Source of the DNA: Bacteroidales bacterium
GTDB lineage: Bacteria > Bacteroidota > Bacteroidia > Bacteroidales > WCHB1-69
NCBI GenBank assembly: GCA_017540505.1
Contig: JAFYAW010000017.1
Location: forward strand, 6,476 to 70,475
Length of the DNA: 64,000 nt
Direction of reading: 5' to 3'
The translations under genes were made by a program, and so were the position numbers. Below, one piece after another: positions 28,476 to 36,803 of the stretch. The notes under the pieces were generated by a model. The model was not told the origin of the DNA. It made no database searches and was given only the letters and a program-made list of their open reading frames with translations. Each line of letters begins with the position of its first letter. Position 1 is the stretch's first letter.

Positions 28476-28889
28476 TCACACCATCCTTCCGTAATACACA
28501 ATTTCCAACATTTCAGAGGGTGATACCACTTTGTTGACTCGTGGGAAATGTTTGAGATTTCCTGTCACAAGATATGCCTCTTCTTTGGAAAGAGCTACTT
28601 CATAAAAGACGGCATCGTCAGGATCTGAAAAAACTACATCTGAGTATGTTCTTTCCAGATTGATTCCTGTTGCCAAAGCTAAAATAACGTTATTTATTTG
28701 GTCAGATGTGAATCCGAATTTTTTTCTGCTTAATACTTCTTTATACTCATCCAATATTGCGTCGTTGAAAACAGGAATAATCACCCCATCCATCACCATG
28801 TTTAATAATATTGCTGTTGGAGAATCAGGATGTGAAGTGAGTAATGCTGACACGATGACATTAGTGTCGAAAACTGCATAATATTTCAT
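28476..28889 (-). CDS. PIN-domain toxin (type II TA system)
   Basis: 137 aa. MKYYAVFDTNVIVSALL plus later acidic residues (DPDDAVFYEVA, LVTGN..HF) match the PIN_3/TIGR00305-like pattern. Confidence 0.8.
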   Translation of the reverse strand: MKYYAVFDTNVIVSALLTSHPDSPTAILLNMVMDGVIIPVFNDAILDEYKEVLSRKKFGFTSDQINNVILALATGINLERTYSDVVFSDPDDAVFYEVALSKEEAYLVTGNLKHFPRVNKVVSPSEMLEIVYYGRMV

Positions 28890-28899
28890 CGTTGTAATC

Positions 28900-29187
28900 T
28901 TATTTTCCTTTCCTCGAGAGTCTGATTTCTTCGTTAATTTCCTCCAAACTCATATCCGAAAGGCCATTTTGCTTACTCATGGCGCGCATTTCTTCAATGG
29001 CTCTCTTGGCTTTTTCCATTACCATACCAGAGGAACTCAAATCAATACGGAATGGGATGGCTTGTTCTCGTAAAGACTTTTTTATAAATAAGTTAAACGC
29101 TGTAGATACACTTAGTCCGAGCCGTTTGCATAGGAGATCAAACTGGCTCTTGGTTTCATTGTCGATACGAATTGTATATGCTGTCAT
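28900..29187 (-). CDS. RelB/DinJ-family antitoxin (ribbon-helix-helix)
   Basis: 95 aa. TIRIDNETKSQFDLLCKRLGLSVSTAFNLFIKKSLREQAIPF is the DinJ-type RHH signature. It ends 10 nt before the PIN gene. Confidence 0.8.
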   Translation of the reverse strand: MTAYTIRIDNETKSQFDLLCKRLGLSVSTAFNLFIKKSLREQAIPFRIDLSSSGMVMEKAKRAIEEMRAMSKQNGLSDMSLEEINEEIRLSRKGK

Positions 29188-29266
29188 ATTGTGTTATTTG
29201 ACTGCAAAAATACTGTTTTTTGCCATACAAATAACATCATATTGAAAAATAGTGATTATCTTGATT

Positions 29267-30541
29267 CTATGTCAGCGTTCCGTACAAATCATACTCTGTG
29301 GCTTCCGTGATCGTCACGGGGTAGAACTCTCCAATGGTGAGAGGCTTTTCCTTGGTGACGAGGACGCTGTTGTCCACGTCAGGCGAGTCGAACTCGGTGC
29401 GTCCCACGTAATGCTCGCCCTCTTCCGAGTCGATGATGACTTTGAGGGTTTGGCCGACCTTGGCTTCGTTCAGTTCGCGGGAGATGGATTCCTGCAGCTG
29501 CATGATCTTGCCCACGCGGCGGGTTTTGATGTTACGGCGTATGGGGTCGCCCAGCGGGTAGGCGGGGGTGTCTTCTTCCTGCGAGTAGGCAAACACGCCG
29601 AGGCGTTCGAACCGGTTGCGGCGCACAAACTCCACGAGTTCCTTGTGTTGTTCCAGCGTCTCGGTGGGATAACCGGAGATGAGGGTGGTGCGCAGGGCGA
29701 TGCCGGGCACTGTCTCGCGGATGCGTGCGATGAGGTCGTAGATGTACTGCGAGCCGCCGCCACGCCGCATGTCCTTCAGGATGTCGTCGCTGATGTGCTG
29801 GAAGGGGATGTCGAGGTAGCGGCAGAACTGCGGGTAGGCGTTCATCACGTCCAGGATCTCGTAGGGGAAGTTGAGCGGGTAGGCATAGTGTAGCCGGTAC
29901 CATTCGATGCCGCGCACCTGGGCTAGGGCTTCCATCAGGTTGGCCAGCTCGCGTTTGCCGGTGAGGTCGAGGCCGTAGTAGGTGAGGTCCTGCGCGATGA
30001 GCATCACCTCCTTCACGCCCTGGTCGGCCAGCTTGCGCACCTCTTCCACCAGCAGAGGGATGGGCTTTGACACCTGTTTGCCGCGGATGAGCGGGATGGC
30101 GCAGTAGGAACATTGGTGGTCGCAACCCTCCGACACCTTGAGGTAGGCGTAGTGGGGTGGGGTGGAGAGCAGCCGTTCGCTGGTTCCTAACAGGTCGAAC
30201 TCGTTGGCATCCACCATCTTGTGCAAATCCGCGAAAGAGTAGAACCCATCCACCTCGGGCAGCTCGGCCTCCAGCTCCGCCTTGCAGCGCTGGGCTAGAC
30301 AGCCCACTACGTACAGCTTCTTGATGTGGCGGCGCATCTTGCGATCCACCTGGACGAGGATCTCATTCACCGACTCCTCGCGCGCGTCGCCGATGAAGCT
30401 GCATGTGTTGAGGATGACGATGTCGCTCTTCATGGTGCCCTCGAAAAAGACGCGGTGTCCCATCCGTTGCAGACGGGCAGCCAGCACTTCCGAATCCACG
30501 ATGTTTTTGGAACACCCTAAGGTTATGATGTTTACAGTCAT
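29267..30541 (-). CDS. rimO: Ribosomal protein S12 methylthiotransferase
   Basis: 424 aa: MTTase N-domain (LGCSKN..DSE), radical-SAM motif CDHQCSYCAIP, and a TRAM C-terminus. Confidence 0.9.
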   Translation of the reverse strand: MTVNIITLGCSKNIVDSEVLAARLQRMGHRVFFEGTMKSDIVILNTCSFIGDAREESVNEILVQVDRKMRRHIKKLYVVGCLAQRCKAELEAELPEVDGFYSFADLHKMVDANEFDLLGTSERLLSTPPHYAYLKVSEGCDHQCSYCAIPLIRGKQVSKPIPLLVEEVRKLADQGVKEVMLIAQDLTYYGLDLTGKRELANLMEALAQVRGIEWYRLHYAYPLNFPYEILDVMNAYPQFCRYLDIPFQHISDDILKDMRRGGGSQYIYDLIARIRETVPGIALRTTLISGYPTETLEQHKELVEFVRRNRFERLGVFAYSQEEDTPAYPLGDPIRRNIKTRRVGKIMQLQESISRELNEAKVGQTLKVIIDSEEGEHYVGRTEFDSPDVDNSVLVTKEKPLTIGEFYPVTITEATEYDLYGTLT

Positions 30542-30708
30542 TTTCTCTATATGATATTAAAACGGCAAACCTACATTTTTTTTCGGAATTATCAAAATGT
30601 CAGATGTGGTTATCCGTTGTGCCTTTTTTCATGAAAAGAATGGACAAATTAGTAGAATGGTGCGTTTTTTCTGTTGTATTCGGATTTTTAGGATAAAGGA
30701 AAAAAATG

Positions 30709-30716
30709 TACATTTG
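30709..30716 (+). promoter_or_regulatory. -7 box TACATTTG for the upxY-led polysaccharide locus
   Basis: TAnnTTTG match 62 nt upstream of ATG 30779. Confidence 0.45.
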
Positions 30717-30778
30717 CAACGGCTATTCTATGGAGTCTTCCATCCGAATGATGCCATAAGACACGCCGCTGCACAATA

Positions 30779-31471
30779 ATGAAAGAAGTGGTGAAACTGG
30801 CTGGCAGACAGCAAGGTGAAATAGCTGTCAGCGCAAAAGGCAACGCTCTTGTCCATCCCGAAGCGAAAAAAAACGGCATCGGGAAGTCGGTGGAGTATGC
30901 CTTGCAGCCGGAGGTGCGCTGCTGGTTTCCCATCCGCGCCACCTATCACCGCGCGCAGAAAGTGTACGACCGGCTGGTGGCGCTTGGCAACGACAGCCTT
31001 GAGCCGTACCTCCCGACACTCTGTCGCGTTGATGAAGAGGGAAATAATGGAAACCCGGTGATAAAAGAGGAGCCTTTGGACAAAGGGTTGCTGTTTATGC
31101 GTTCCACCCTCCAGGATTTCCGGGCGTTGTTGGAAAATCCATCGTTGATACCCGGAATGACACCCTACTACAATCATTTTAAGACCAATGAGTTCGGAAA
31201 AAATGAGTTGTTGACGGTGCCCGACCGGCAGATGGAGAGCTTCAGGATTATTGTCGAATCGCGCAATCAGAACATCATCGTCAGGCAATCTGAAATGCCG
31301 AAGATTATCGAGGGCGATCGCGTGGTCGTCACGGACGGCGCTTTCGCCGGCGTGGAGGGTGTGGTGATGAAATACAAGCACCAGAAGCGCGTGTTTGTGC
31401 AGCTGCACGGCGTCGGCATCTACGCCACGGCCTACGTGCCGGGCACCTTTCTAAAGAAATTGAAAAATTGA
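30779..31471 (+). CDS. UpxY-family (NusG-like) transcription antiterminator
   Basis: 230 aa. WFPIRATYHRAQKVYDRL is an NGN-like domain, and the C-terminal KOW is GDRVVVTDGAFAGVEGVVMKYKHQKRVFVQL. It is the first gene of a polysaccharide locus, as in Bacteroides. Confidence 0.85.
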   Translation: MKEVVKLAGRQQGEIAVSAKGNALVHPEAKKNGIGKSVEYALQPEVRCWFPIRATYHRAQKVYDRLVALGNDSLEPYLPTLCRVDEEGNNGNPVIKEEPLDKGLLFMRSTLQDFRALLENPSLIPGMTPYYNHFKTNEFGKNELLTVPDRQMESFRIIVESRNQNIIVRQSEMPKIIEGDRVVVTDGAFAGVEGVVMKYKHQKRVFVQLHGVGIYATAYVPGTFLKKLKN

Positions 31472-31474
31472 AAC

Positions 31475-31502
31475 GTAGAGACGCAGTGCACTGCGTCTCT
31501 AC
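31475..31502 (+). terminator. Perfect 12-bp-stem hairpin 3 nt after the upxY stop (candidate attenuator)
   Basis: GTAGAGACGCAG-tgca-CTGCGTCTCTAC, with no U-tract after it. Confidence 0.55.
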
Positions 31503-31534
31503 AAATCCCTGTAACCTGCAACCTGTAACATAGT

Positions 31535-33070
31535 ATGGGCATTATCGCAAGACAAAGCATCAAAGGGACCATCGCCACCTACATCGGGGTGGTCATCGGT
31601 TTTGTAACCACTTTTTTCATCCTCACGTCGTACCTGACGTCGGAGGAGATCGGACTCACGCGCGTGCTGGTGGATGCCGCCACGCTGTTCAGCTCGCTGG
31701 CGCTGCTGGGCACCAGCTCGTCCACCCTGCGTTTCTATCCCCATTTTAAGGATGAGAGCCACAACCAGCAGGGACTATACTTCTGGACACTGATTATCCC
31801 CTTTGTTGGTTTTCTGCTCTTTTTACTTTGCTTCTTTATTTTTAAAGGATTAATAATCAAAGCATTTGAAGAAAACTCGCCTCTTTTTGTCGATTACGTC
31901 CAATACACCCTGCCAATTGCATTCTTTATGCTGTATATGTCTGTATTCGAGGCAAATGCAACGATATTGGAGCGGGTGGCGGTGCCTCGCATGATCCGCG
32001 AGGTCTTCATCCGGGCCGGGCTGTTGGTCGGATACTTGCTGTATGGTTTGTGGCACGTGATCAGTTTGGACGGACTGGTGGTGGTGTTCTGTGCCACGTA
32101 CGGGTTAGGGGCGTTGCTGAATTTGTGCTATCTGCTTTTCTCACAGAAAATTTCGTTCAAGCCGGACTTCAAAAAGATTACGCCGGAACTGCGCCGCGAC
32201 TTCCTGCTATACACCGCTTTTCTGGTGACGGCGGCGTTGGTGGGCAGTGTGATGCCCACGTTGAGCAGCTTCTTCATCAGTGCCAAGATGGGGCTGATGT
32301 TCACAGGTATCTATGCCATTGCCAACTATATAGCCACCATGGTGGAGATTCCGTCACGGTCGTTGAACGCCATCGTGCAGCCGCGTATTGCAGTGGCGTT
32401 GCGGGCCACCCCGCCCGACCTGCAGACCGCTACGCGACTCTATCAGAAAGTCTCTTTGAACCAGCTGCTTGTGGGCATGGTTATCTTTATTCTGATATGG
32501 ATAAATATTGACCTTTTTTTCGACATCCTGCCCAATGGCGAACAGTATGCGGCGGGCAAGTGGGTGGTGTTGATTCTCTCCACCTCCAAGCTGATAAGTT
32601 CCGCTTTTTCTATCGGCGGCTCGGCCCTCAGCTACACCCGATGGTATTATACCTCTTTGATTTTCACGCTGATACTGATGATATCCTCCATCTGCCTGAA
32701 CAACTATCTGATTCCGATTTGCGGCATTGAGGGAGGCGCGTGGGCCACGTTGGGATCCAATGTTATCTATTACATCCTGCTGTTGTTGTTTGTCAAGTGG
32801 CGGGTGGGCACCTATCCGTTCTCTACGGGGCAGATTAAAGTGCTGGCGGTGGGCTTGTTGATGGTGGCCTTGAACTATCTGATGGTTTTAGCCGCCGGAA
32901 AGATTGTGCCGGAGCCTTCGTTGGCCTTCCGCATTGTGGAGGCGGTGGTGCGCACGGGCATCGTGTCGGTGGTCGGCCTGCTGGCGGTCTATTACGGGAA
33001 GGTCTCTGCGGATGTGAACCGGCTGATAAGGAAAGGGGTGAGGAAGGTGAAGAGGAAAAGGACTCAATAA
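31535..33070 (+). CDS. wzx: Polysaccharide flippase (Wzx-like, MOP superfamily)
   Basis: 511 aa with about 12-14 predicted TM helices. The N-terminus IARQSIKGTIATYIGVVIGFV is typical of Bacteroidota oligosaccharide flippases. Confidence 0.75.
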   Translation: MGIIARQSIKGTIATYIGVVIGFVTTFFILTSYLTSEEIGLTRVLVDAATLFSSLALLGTSSSTLRFYPHFKDESHNQQGLYFWTLIIPFVGFLLFLLCFFIFKGLIIKAFEENSPLFVDYVQYTLPIAFFMLYMSVFEANATILERVAVPRMIREVFIRAGLLVGYLLYGLWHVISLDGLVVVFCATYGLGALLNLCYLLFSQKISFKPDFKKITPELRRDFLLYTAFLVTAALVGSVMPTLSSFFISAKMGLMFTGIYAIANYIATMVEIPSRSLNAIVQPRIAVALRATPPDLQTATRLYQKVSLNQLLVGMVIFILIWINIDLFFDILPNGEQYAAGKWVVLILSTSKLISSAFSIGGSALSYTRWYYTSLIFTLILMISSICLNNYLIPICGIEGGAWATLGSNVIYYILLLLFVKWRVGTYPFSTGQIKVLAVGLLMVALNYLMVLAAGKIVPEPSLAFRIVEAVVRTGIVSVVGLLAVYYGKVSADVNRLIRKGVRKVKRKRTQ

Positions 33071-33128
33071 TCAGCAGTAATTATATGATATAGCTGTAGC
33101 TGTTGGTGTTTCAAACAATATAGAGAAT

Positions 33129-34928
33129 ATGCATTTATTCAAAGACCAAAATAAGATAAAAGATTTCATCAATAATTTGTTGATGGAGAGCGAGTCTGAA
33201 GACTTGGAGTTCAAGCAGGCTTCGGGAGGATTTCCAGGTAGTTTCTGGGATACCTATTCAGTTTTCGCCAATACAGAAGGAGGAACTATCATATTGGGCA
33301 TTATAGAGAAAAATGATGGACTTTATCTTGATATTCTTTCGGATGATCTTGTGGAAAAATATAAGAAGGATTTCTGGAATAATGTAAACAACAAATCCAC
33401 CATCAGTTGTAACTTGTTGAAAAATGATGACGTACAGGTTGTTCAATTCAATGGTTATAACGTCATGCTTTTTCATATTCCTTGTGCCAGTCGGGAGCAA
33501 CAGCCTGTCTATAGAACGACCAATCCTTATAGTGGCACCTTTAAGCGGAATTTTGAGGGGGATTATAAGTGTACGGAGAAAGAGGTGCAACGTATGTTTG
33601 CCGATGCAAATGATTCAACACCTGCTGACAGCAGAATACTCACAAACTATAGCCTGAATGATTTGGATAAGGAATCTTTACAGCAATATCGACAATTATT
33701 TGCAGTTGCAAGACCCAGCCATCCGTGGCTTGGCTTGGATGACATGACTTTGTTGGAGAAATTGGGAGGATATAGAAAAGACAGGGAGACGGGGAAAGTG
33801 GGTTTTACTGTAGCAGGACTACTGATGTTTGGGAAATACGACTCAATCACAGACAATGCATGTACCCCTGATTTCTTTCCCGATTATCAAGAATGGCTGG
33901 ATGACGATCCTGATGCGCGGTGGTCAACAAGAATTTATCCAGATGGGACATGGGAAGCCAATCTTTTCCAGTATTATCGGAGAGTGTTGCCCAGGCTTCA
34001 AAACTTTTTGCCTAATCCTTTCAAGCTAGAAGGTAATATACGCAAAGAGGAGACGTCGGCTCGTGTTGCTGTTCGTGAAGCATTTATCAATTTGTGCATA
34101 CATGCTGATTTTACGGTGAATGCGAATTTGCTTGTAAAGCATGTCAAGAACAAATTTGTTTTTTCCAATCCTGGAACTATGCTTATCACCAAAGCCCAGT
34201 ATTACAAGGGAGGGCAGAGTGTATGTCGGAATAAATCCTTGCAAAAGATGTTTATGATGTTGGGAGCAGCCGAAAAAGCCGGTAGTGGGGTGGACAAGAT
34301 TTTAAAAGGATGGAATGACGCTAATTGGCGAACTCCGTATATAGATACAACCTGCCGTCCCGATATTGTCAACTTATATCTGCCAATGGTATCATTGCTT
34401 GATATGGACGTCAAGAATGGTTTGACAGGTATCTTGGGAAAGGAGATTGTTCATATCGAACATAACAGATTACTCACTTTGGCTCTTGCCTACACGGAAG
34501 GATATATCACCAATGAGCGATTAAGGTACGCTTTGAATATGCACAAGGCGGATATCTATCTTTTATTAAAGGACTTGTGTAACAAAAACTATCTACGGGC
34601 TGAAGGACATGGTAGGGGAACAAAGTATTGTCTTCCGATAGAAAATGTTGGAAGTATGGGAAGTAATGTAGGAAGTATGGGAAGTAATGTAGGAAGTATG
34701 GGAAGTAATATAAAGAAGAGGATGAGTAAGGAAGAAATACGTGAGGAAATTATGATTACTTGTTCAGATTGGGTATCTCTTGATTATATTGCTGCAACTA
34801 TAAAGAGGAATTCAGGTTATCTATTGGACTATATAATCCCTTCCATGTTAGAAGACGGATTGATTGAGCGCATGTATCCAAAAGTGCCAAGACATCCTAA
34901 ACAAAAATATAGAGCCAGACAGAAGTGA
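33129..34928 (+). CDS. COG2865-type protein: AlbA_2 (Schlafen-like) N-domain, HATPase_c_4-like middle, winged-helix C-terminus
   Basis: 599 aa. ESEDLEFKQASGG......TYSVFANTEGGTIILGI is the AlbA_2/divergent-AAA signature. AVREAFINLCIHADF...FSNPG is the ATPase-like fold. It is AT-rich. Confidence 0.8.
   Translation: MHLFKDQNKIKDFINNLLMESESEDLEFKQASGGFPGSFWDTYSVFANTEGGTIILGIIEKNDGLYLDILSDDLVEKYKKDFWNNVNNKSTISCNLLKNDDVQVVQFNGYNVMLFHIPCASREQQPVYRTTNPYSGTFKRNFEGDYKCTEKEVQRMFADANDSTPADSRILTNYSLNDLDKESLQQYRQLFAVARPSHPWLGLDDMTLLEKLGGYRKDRETGKVGFTVAGLLMFGKYDSITDNACTPDFFPDYQEWLDDDPDARWSTRIYPDGTWEANLFQYYRRVLPRLQNFLPNPFKLEGNIRKEETSARVAVREAFINLCIHADFTVNANLLVKHVKNKFVFSNPGTMLITKAQYYKGGQSVCRNKSLQKMFMMLGAAEKAGSGVDKILKGWNDANWRTPYIDTTCRPDIVNLYLPMVSLLDMDVKNGLTGILGKEIVHIEHNRLLTLALAYTEGYITNERLRYALNMHKADIYLLLKDLCNKNYLRAEGHGRGTKYCLPIENVGSMGSNVGSMGSNVGSMGSNIKKRMSKEEIREEIMITCSDWVSLDYIAATIKRNSGYLLDYIIPSMLEDGLIERMYPKVPRHPKQKYRARQK
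34647..34709 (+). repeat. 3 x 21-bp in-frame tandem repeat (VGSMGSN x3) inside the COG2865 gene
   Basis: gttggaagtatgggaagtaat followed by 2 x gtaggaagtatgggaagtaat. Confidence 0.95.
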
Positions 34929-34980
34929 TTTGTGTTGAAGAGGGTTCTGCAGATAGCCGAATTTTTGAAAGCTCATAAAT

Positions 34981-35445
34981 TTGTTTGTGCCTCGGCGAGA
35001 GGTGAATTTGCCTGCTTTAGTACTTGAATTAAAGTACAATACTACAGTTGAAACTGCCATCAACCAGATAAAAGCCAAACATTACACCAACTCTCTCGTG
35101 GACTATGTGGGAGAGGTGATTATGGTGGGTGTGAATTATGACAGACGTACTAAGAAGCACCAGTGTAGCATTGAGAGGGTTACGAAAGGTTCTCAGGCTT
35201 TGGGTAGAAATGTCCCTGAAAAAGACCTAGAAAAAGACCTAGAAAAACTGACGGACAATCAGAGGAAGATTCTGGCAATCATGAAGGAAAATCCGTATGT
35301 TACTCAGAGTGAATTAAGTTCACTGATTGGCATTAATTCCAAAAACATACGCAATAATATAGCGAAACTAAAATCTACCGGCCGCCTCACCCGCGTCGGT
35401 CCCGACAAAGGCGGCTGGTGGAAGGTGGTGGAAACGGGAAATTGA
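34981..35445 (+). pseudogene. Chimeric 5'-truncated remnant: PD-(D/E)XK_9 (DUF1703-type) C-terminus fused to a COG2865-type winged-helix tail
   Basis: VLELKYNTTVETAINQIKAKHYTNSLVDYVGEVIMVGVNYDRRTKK matches the C-terminal end of Bacteroides AAA-ATPase/PDDEXK_9 proteins (normally >500 aa). A KDLEKDLEK linker follows, then LTDNQRKILAIMKENPYVTQSELSSLIGI...GRLTRVGPDKGGWWKV. There is a stop codon just upstream, and the only start is TTG. Confidence 0.55.
35218..35247 (+). repeat. 2.5 x 12-bp in-frame tandem repeat (KDLE KDLE K)
   Basis: gaaaaagaccta x2 plus gaaaaa. Confidence 0.9.
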
Positions 35446-35754
35446 AAATTGAAAGGTGAAAGATATTTTCAAATTTTAGATAATAGGCAAATATCTAAAA
35501 ATTAGATAATTTGGTTTGCGGGTTGCCGCAAAATTCATCATACGTTTTGGAGAGAAGGATACGGCAAAGACCGAATATGTGCTTGCTGGAACGCTGATGA
35601 GCATTTTTATAACTGTAATGGCAGGACTGATGGTGATGCTGGTTTGATGTTGGGGGTTGCTAAATTTGAAGAACTTATATGGCAGGCTTTGTACGGTCAG
35701 AAATTGTGCCGTGCTGCTAATTGTTTCATAAGACATTTTTAATTTAACGAGACC

Positions 35755-36039
35755 GTGATGAAATTATTTTTATCAACAATGAAAAAGCATAGTATTCCGC
35801 TCATGTTATTGTTGTTTGCAACAGTAGCATTTATGTTGAGTTTTTTTTCTGAAGGAAAGTGGCTAAATTTTTGCAAAATTGCGGCCTTTGCATTACCTAC
35901 ATTTGCAACTGTTGTAGAATTTTTTCTCTTTGAGAAAAGTGAAAAGGAGAACACACGGAAAATGAAAGATATACATGACAAGCAACTGTCACTTTATGTA
36001 AGCGATGAGACACTTGTGATTAAACAAGGGTCTGTGTAA
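35755..36039 (+). CDS. Hypothetical small membrane protein (2 TM)
   Basis: 94-aa ORF with two hydrophobic helices. No recognisable family, and the region is AT-rich and decayed-looking. Weak call. Confidence 0.25.
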   Translation: MMKLFLSTMKKHSIPLMLLLFATVAFMLSFFSEGKWLNFCKIAAFALPTFATVVEFFLFEKSEKENTRKMKDIHDKQLSLYVSDETLVIKQGSV

Positions 36040-36211
36040 TGTCTTGTGACAAATTCAGTATATATATTCTAAACCAATTAAAAATAGGAAGTGAAATGAG
36101 TACCGAATGATATGGTTTGTCGATGAATTGAAAGAAGAGGAAAACTTAATGGTTACAATTCAAAACCCCGAAAGATATTGTAGAAAAGTTAAAGCTATTT
36201 GATTTTGTCAG

Positions 36212-36283
36212 AATTCCAATATCCTCCCCCTCCCCAATTTTTTTCGTACCTTTGCACTCCCGTTTTAAACGGATATTGGAATT
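36212..36283 (+). promoter_or_regulatory. Internal promoter (TACCTTTG at 36247-36254) bracketed by a perfect 13-bp inverted repeat
   Basis: AATTCCAATATCC (36212-24) and GGATATTGGAATT (36271-83). The 46-bp spacer contains the -7 box, and ATG 36337 is 83 nt downstream. Confidence 0.55.
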
Positions 36284-36336
36284 TAAATTTTGGCAAAAGA
36301 TAGAACAAAGAACCCTCACCCTTAACATTAATCGCT

Positions 36337-36801
36337 ATGGTAATCGGTTATACGACAGGTGTTTACGACCTGTTTCACATTGGGCACTTGACCCTTCTCA
36401 AAAACGCAAAAGCACTTTGCGACAAATTGATTGTTGGTGTCACTGTGGATGAATTGGTCCTTTATAAAGGCAAACATGCGATGATTCCATACTCTGACAG
36501 GGCAGAAATAGTGCGTAGCATAAAATATGTGGACGCGGTGGTGCCCCAGTACGATATGGACAAACTCACCGCTTGTAAAAAATTGGGGGCTAGCATCCTT
36601 TTTGTAGGAGATGACTGGTATGGAACAGAAAAGTGGCAAAAATATGAGGAAGATTTCGCCAAAGAGGGCATTAGGATTGTATATTTTCCATACACGAAGG
36701 GCATTTCATCAACAAAGATTACGGAGGCATTGAAGGCTGCCAGAGGTTGGTCTGCAAATGATCCCACTTCTTTGTCCGGAGAAAATCATTTAAACGTATA
36801 A
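36337..36801 (+). CDS. Cytidylyltransferase, glycerol-3-phosphate cytidylyltransferase (TagD/TarD)-like
   Basis: 154 aa. GYTTGVYDLFHIGHLTLLKNAK has the HxGH motif, and a later ISST(K) motif is present, as in the TagD family. Confidence 0.8.
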   Translation: MVIGYTTGVYDLFHIGHLTLLKNAKALCDKLIVGVTVDELVLYKGKHAMIPYSDRAEIVRSIKYVDAVVPQYDMDKLTACKKLGASILFVGDDWYGTEKWQKYEEDFAKEGIRIVYFPYTKGISSTKITEALKAARGWSANDPTSLSGENHLNV

Positions 36802-36803
36802 AG

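Noticed and set aside
30678-30749. Inverted repeat ATTCGGAT / ATCCGAAT flanking the upxY promoter, as a candidate invertible promoter; also a TTTTCATGAAAA palindrome at 30625-36.
   Set aside because: The repeat is only 8 bp, which is within chance expectation and far shorter than the inverted repeats of known Bacteroides invertible promoters. No recombinase gene is nearby.
34647-34709. Tandem repeats considered as a possible miniature CRISPR array.
   Set aside because: The units are contiguous with no spacers, in frame inside a coding sequence, and only 21 bp long. It is a coding microsatellite.
35476-35736. 86-aa minus-strand ORF, and a plus-strand fragment ...FGEKDTAKTEYVLAGTLMSIFITVMAGLMVMLV* (ending ~35647) that resembles the C-terminal TM anchor of some larger membrane protein.
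   Set aside because: There are no start context, family motifs or partners. The 35446-36210 stretch looks like decayed filler between insertions. I mention it only as further evidence of rearrangement.
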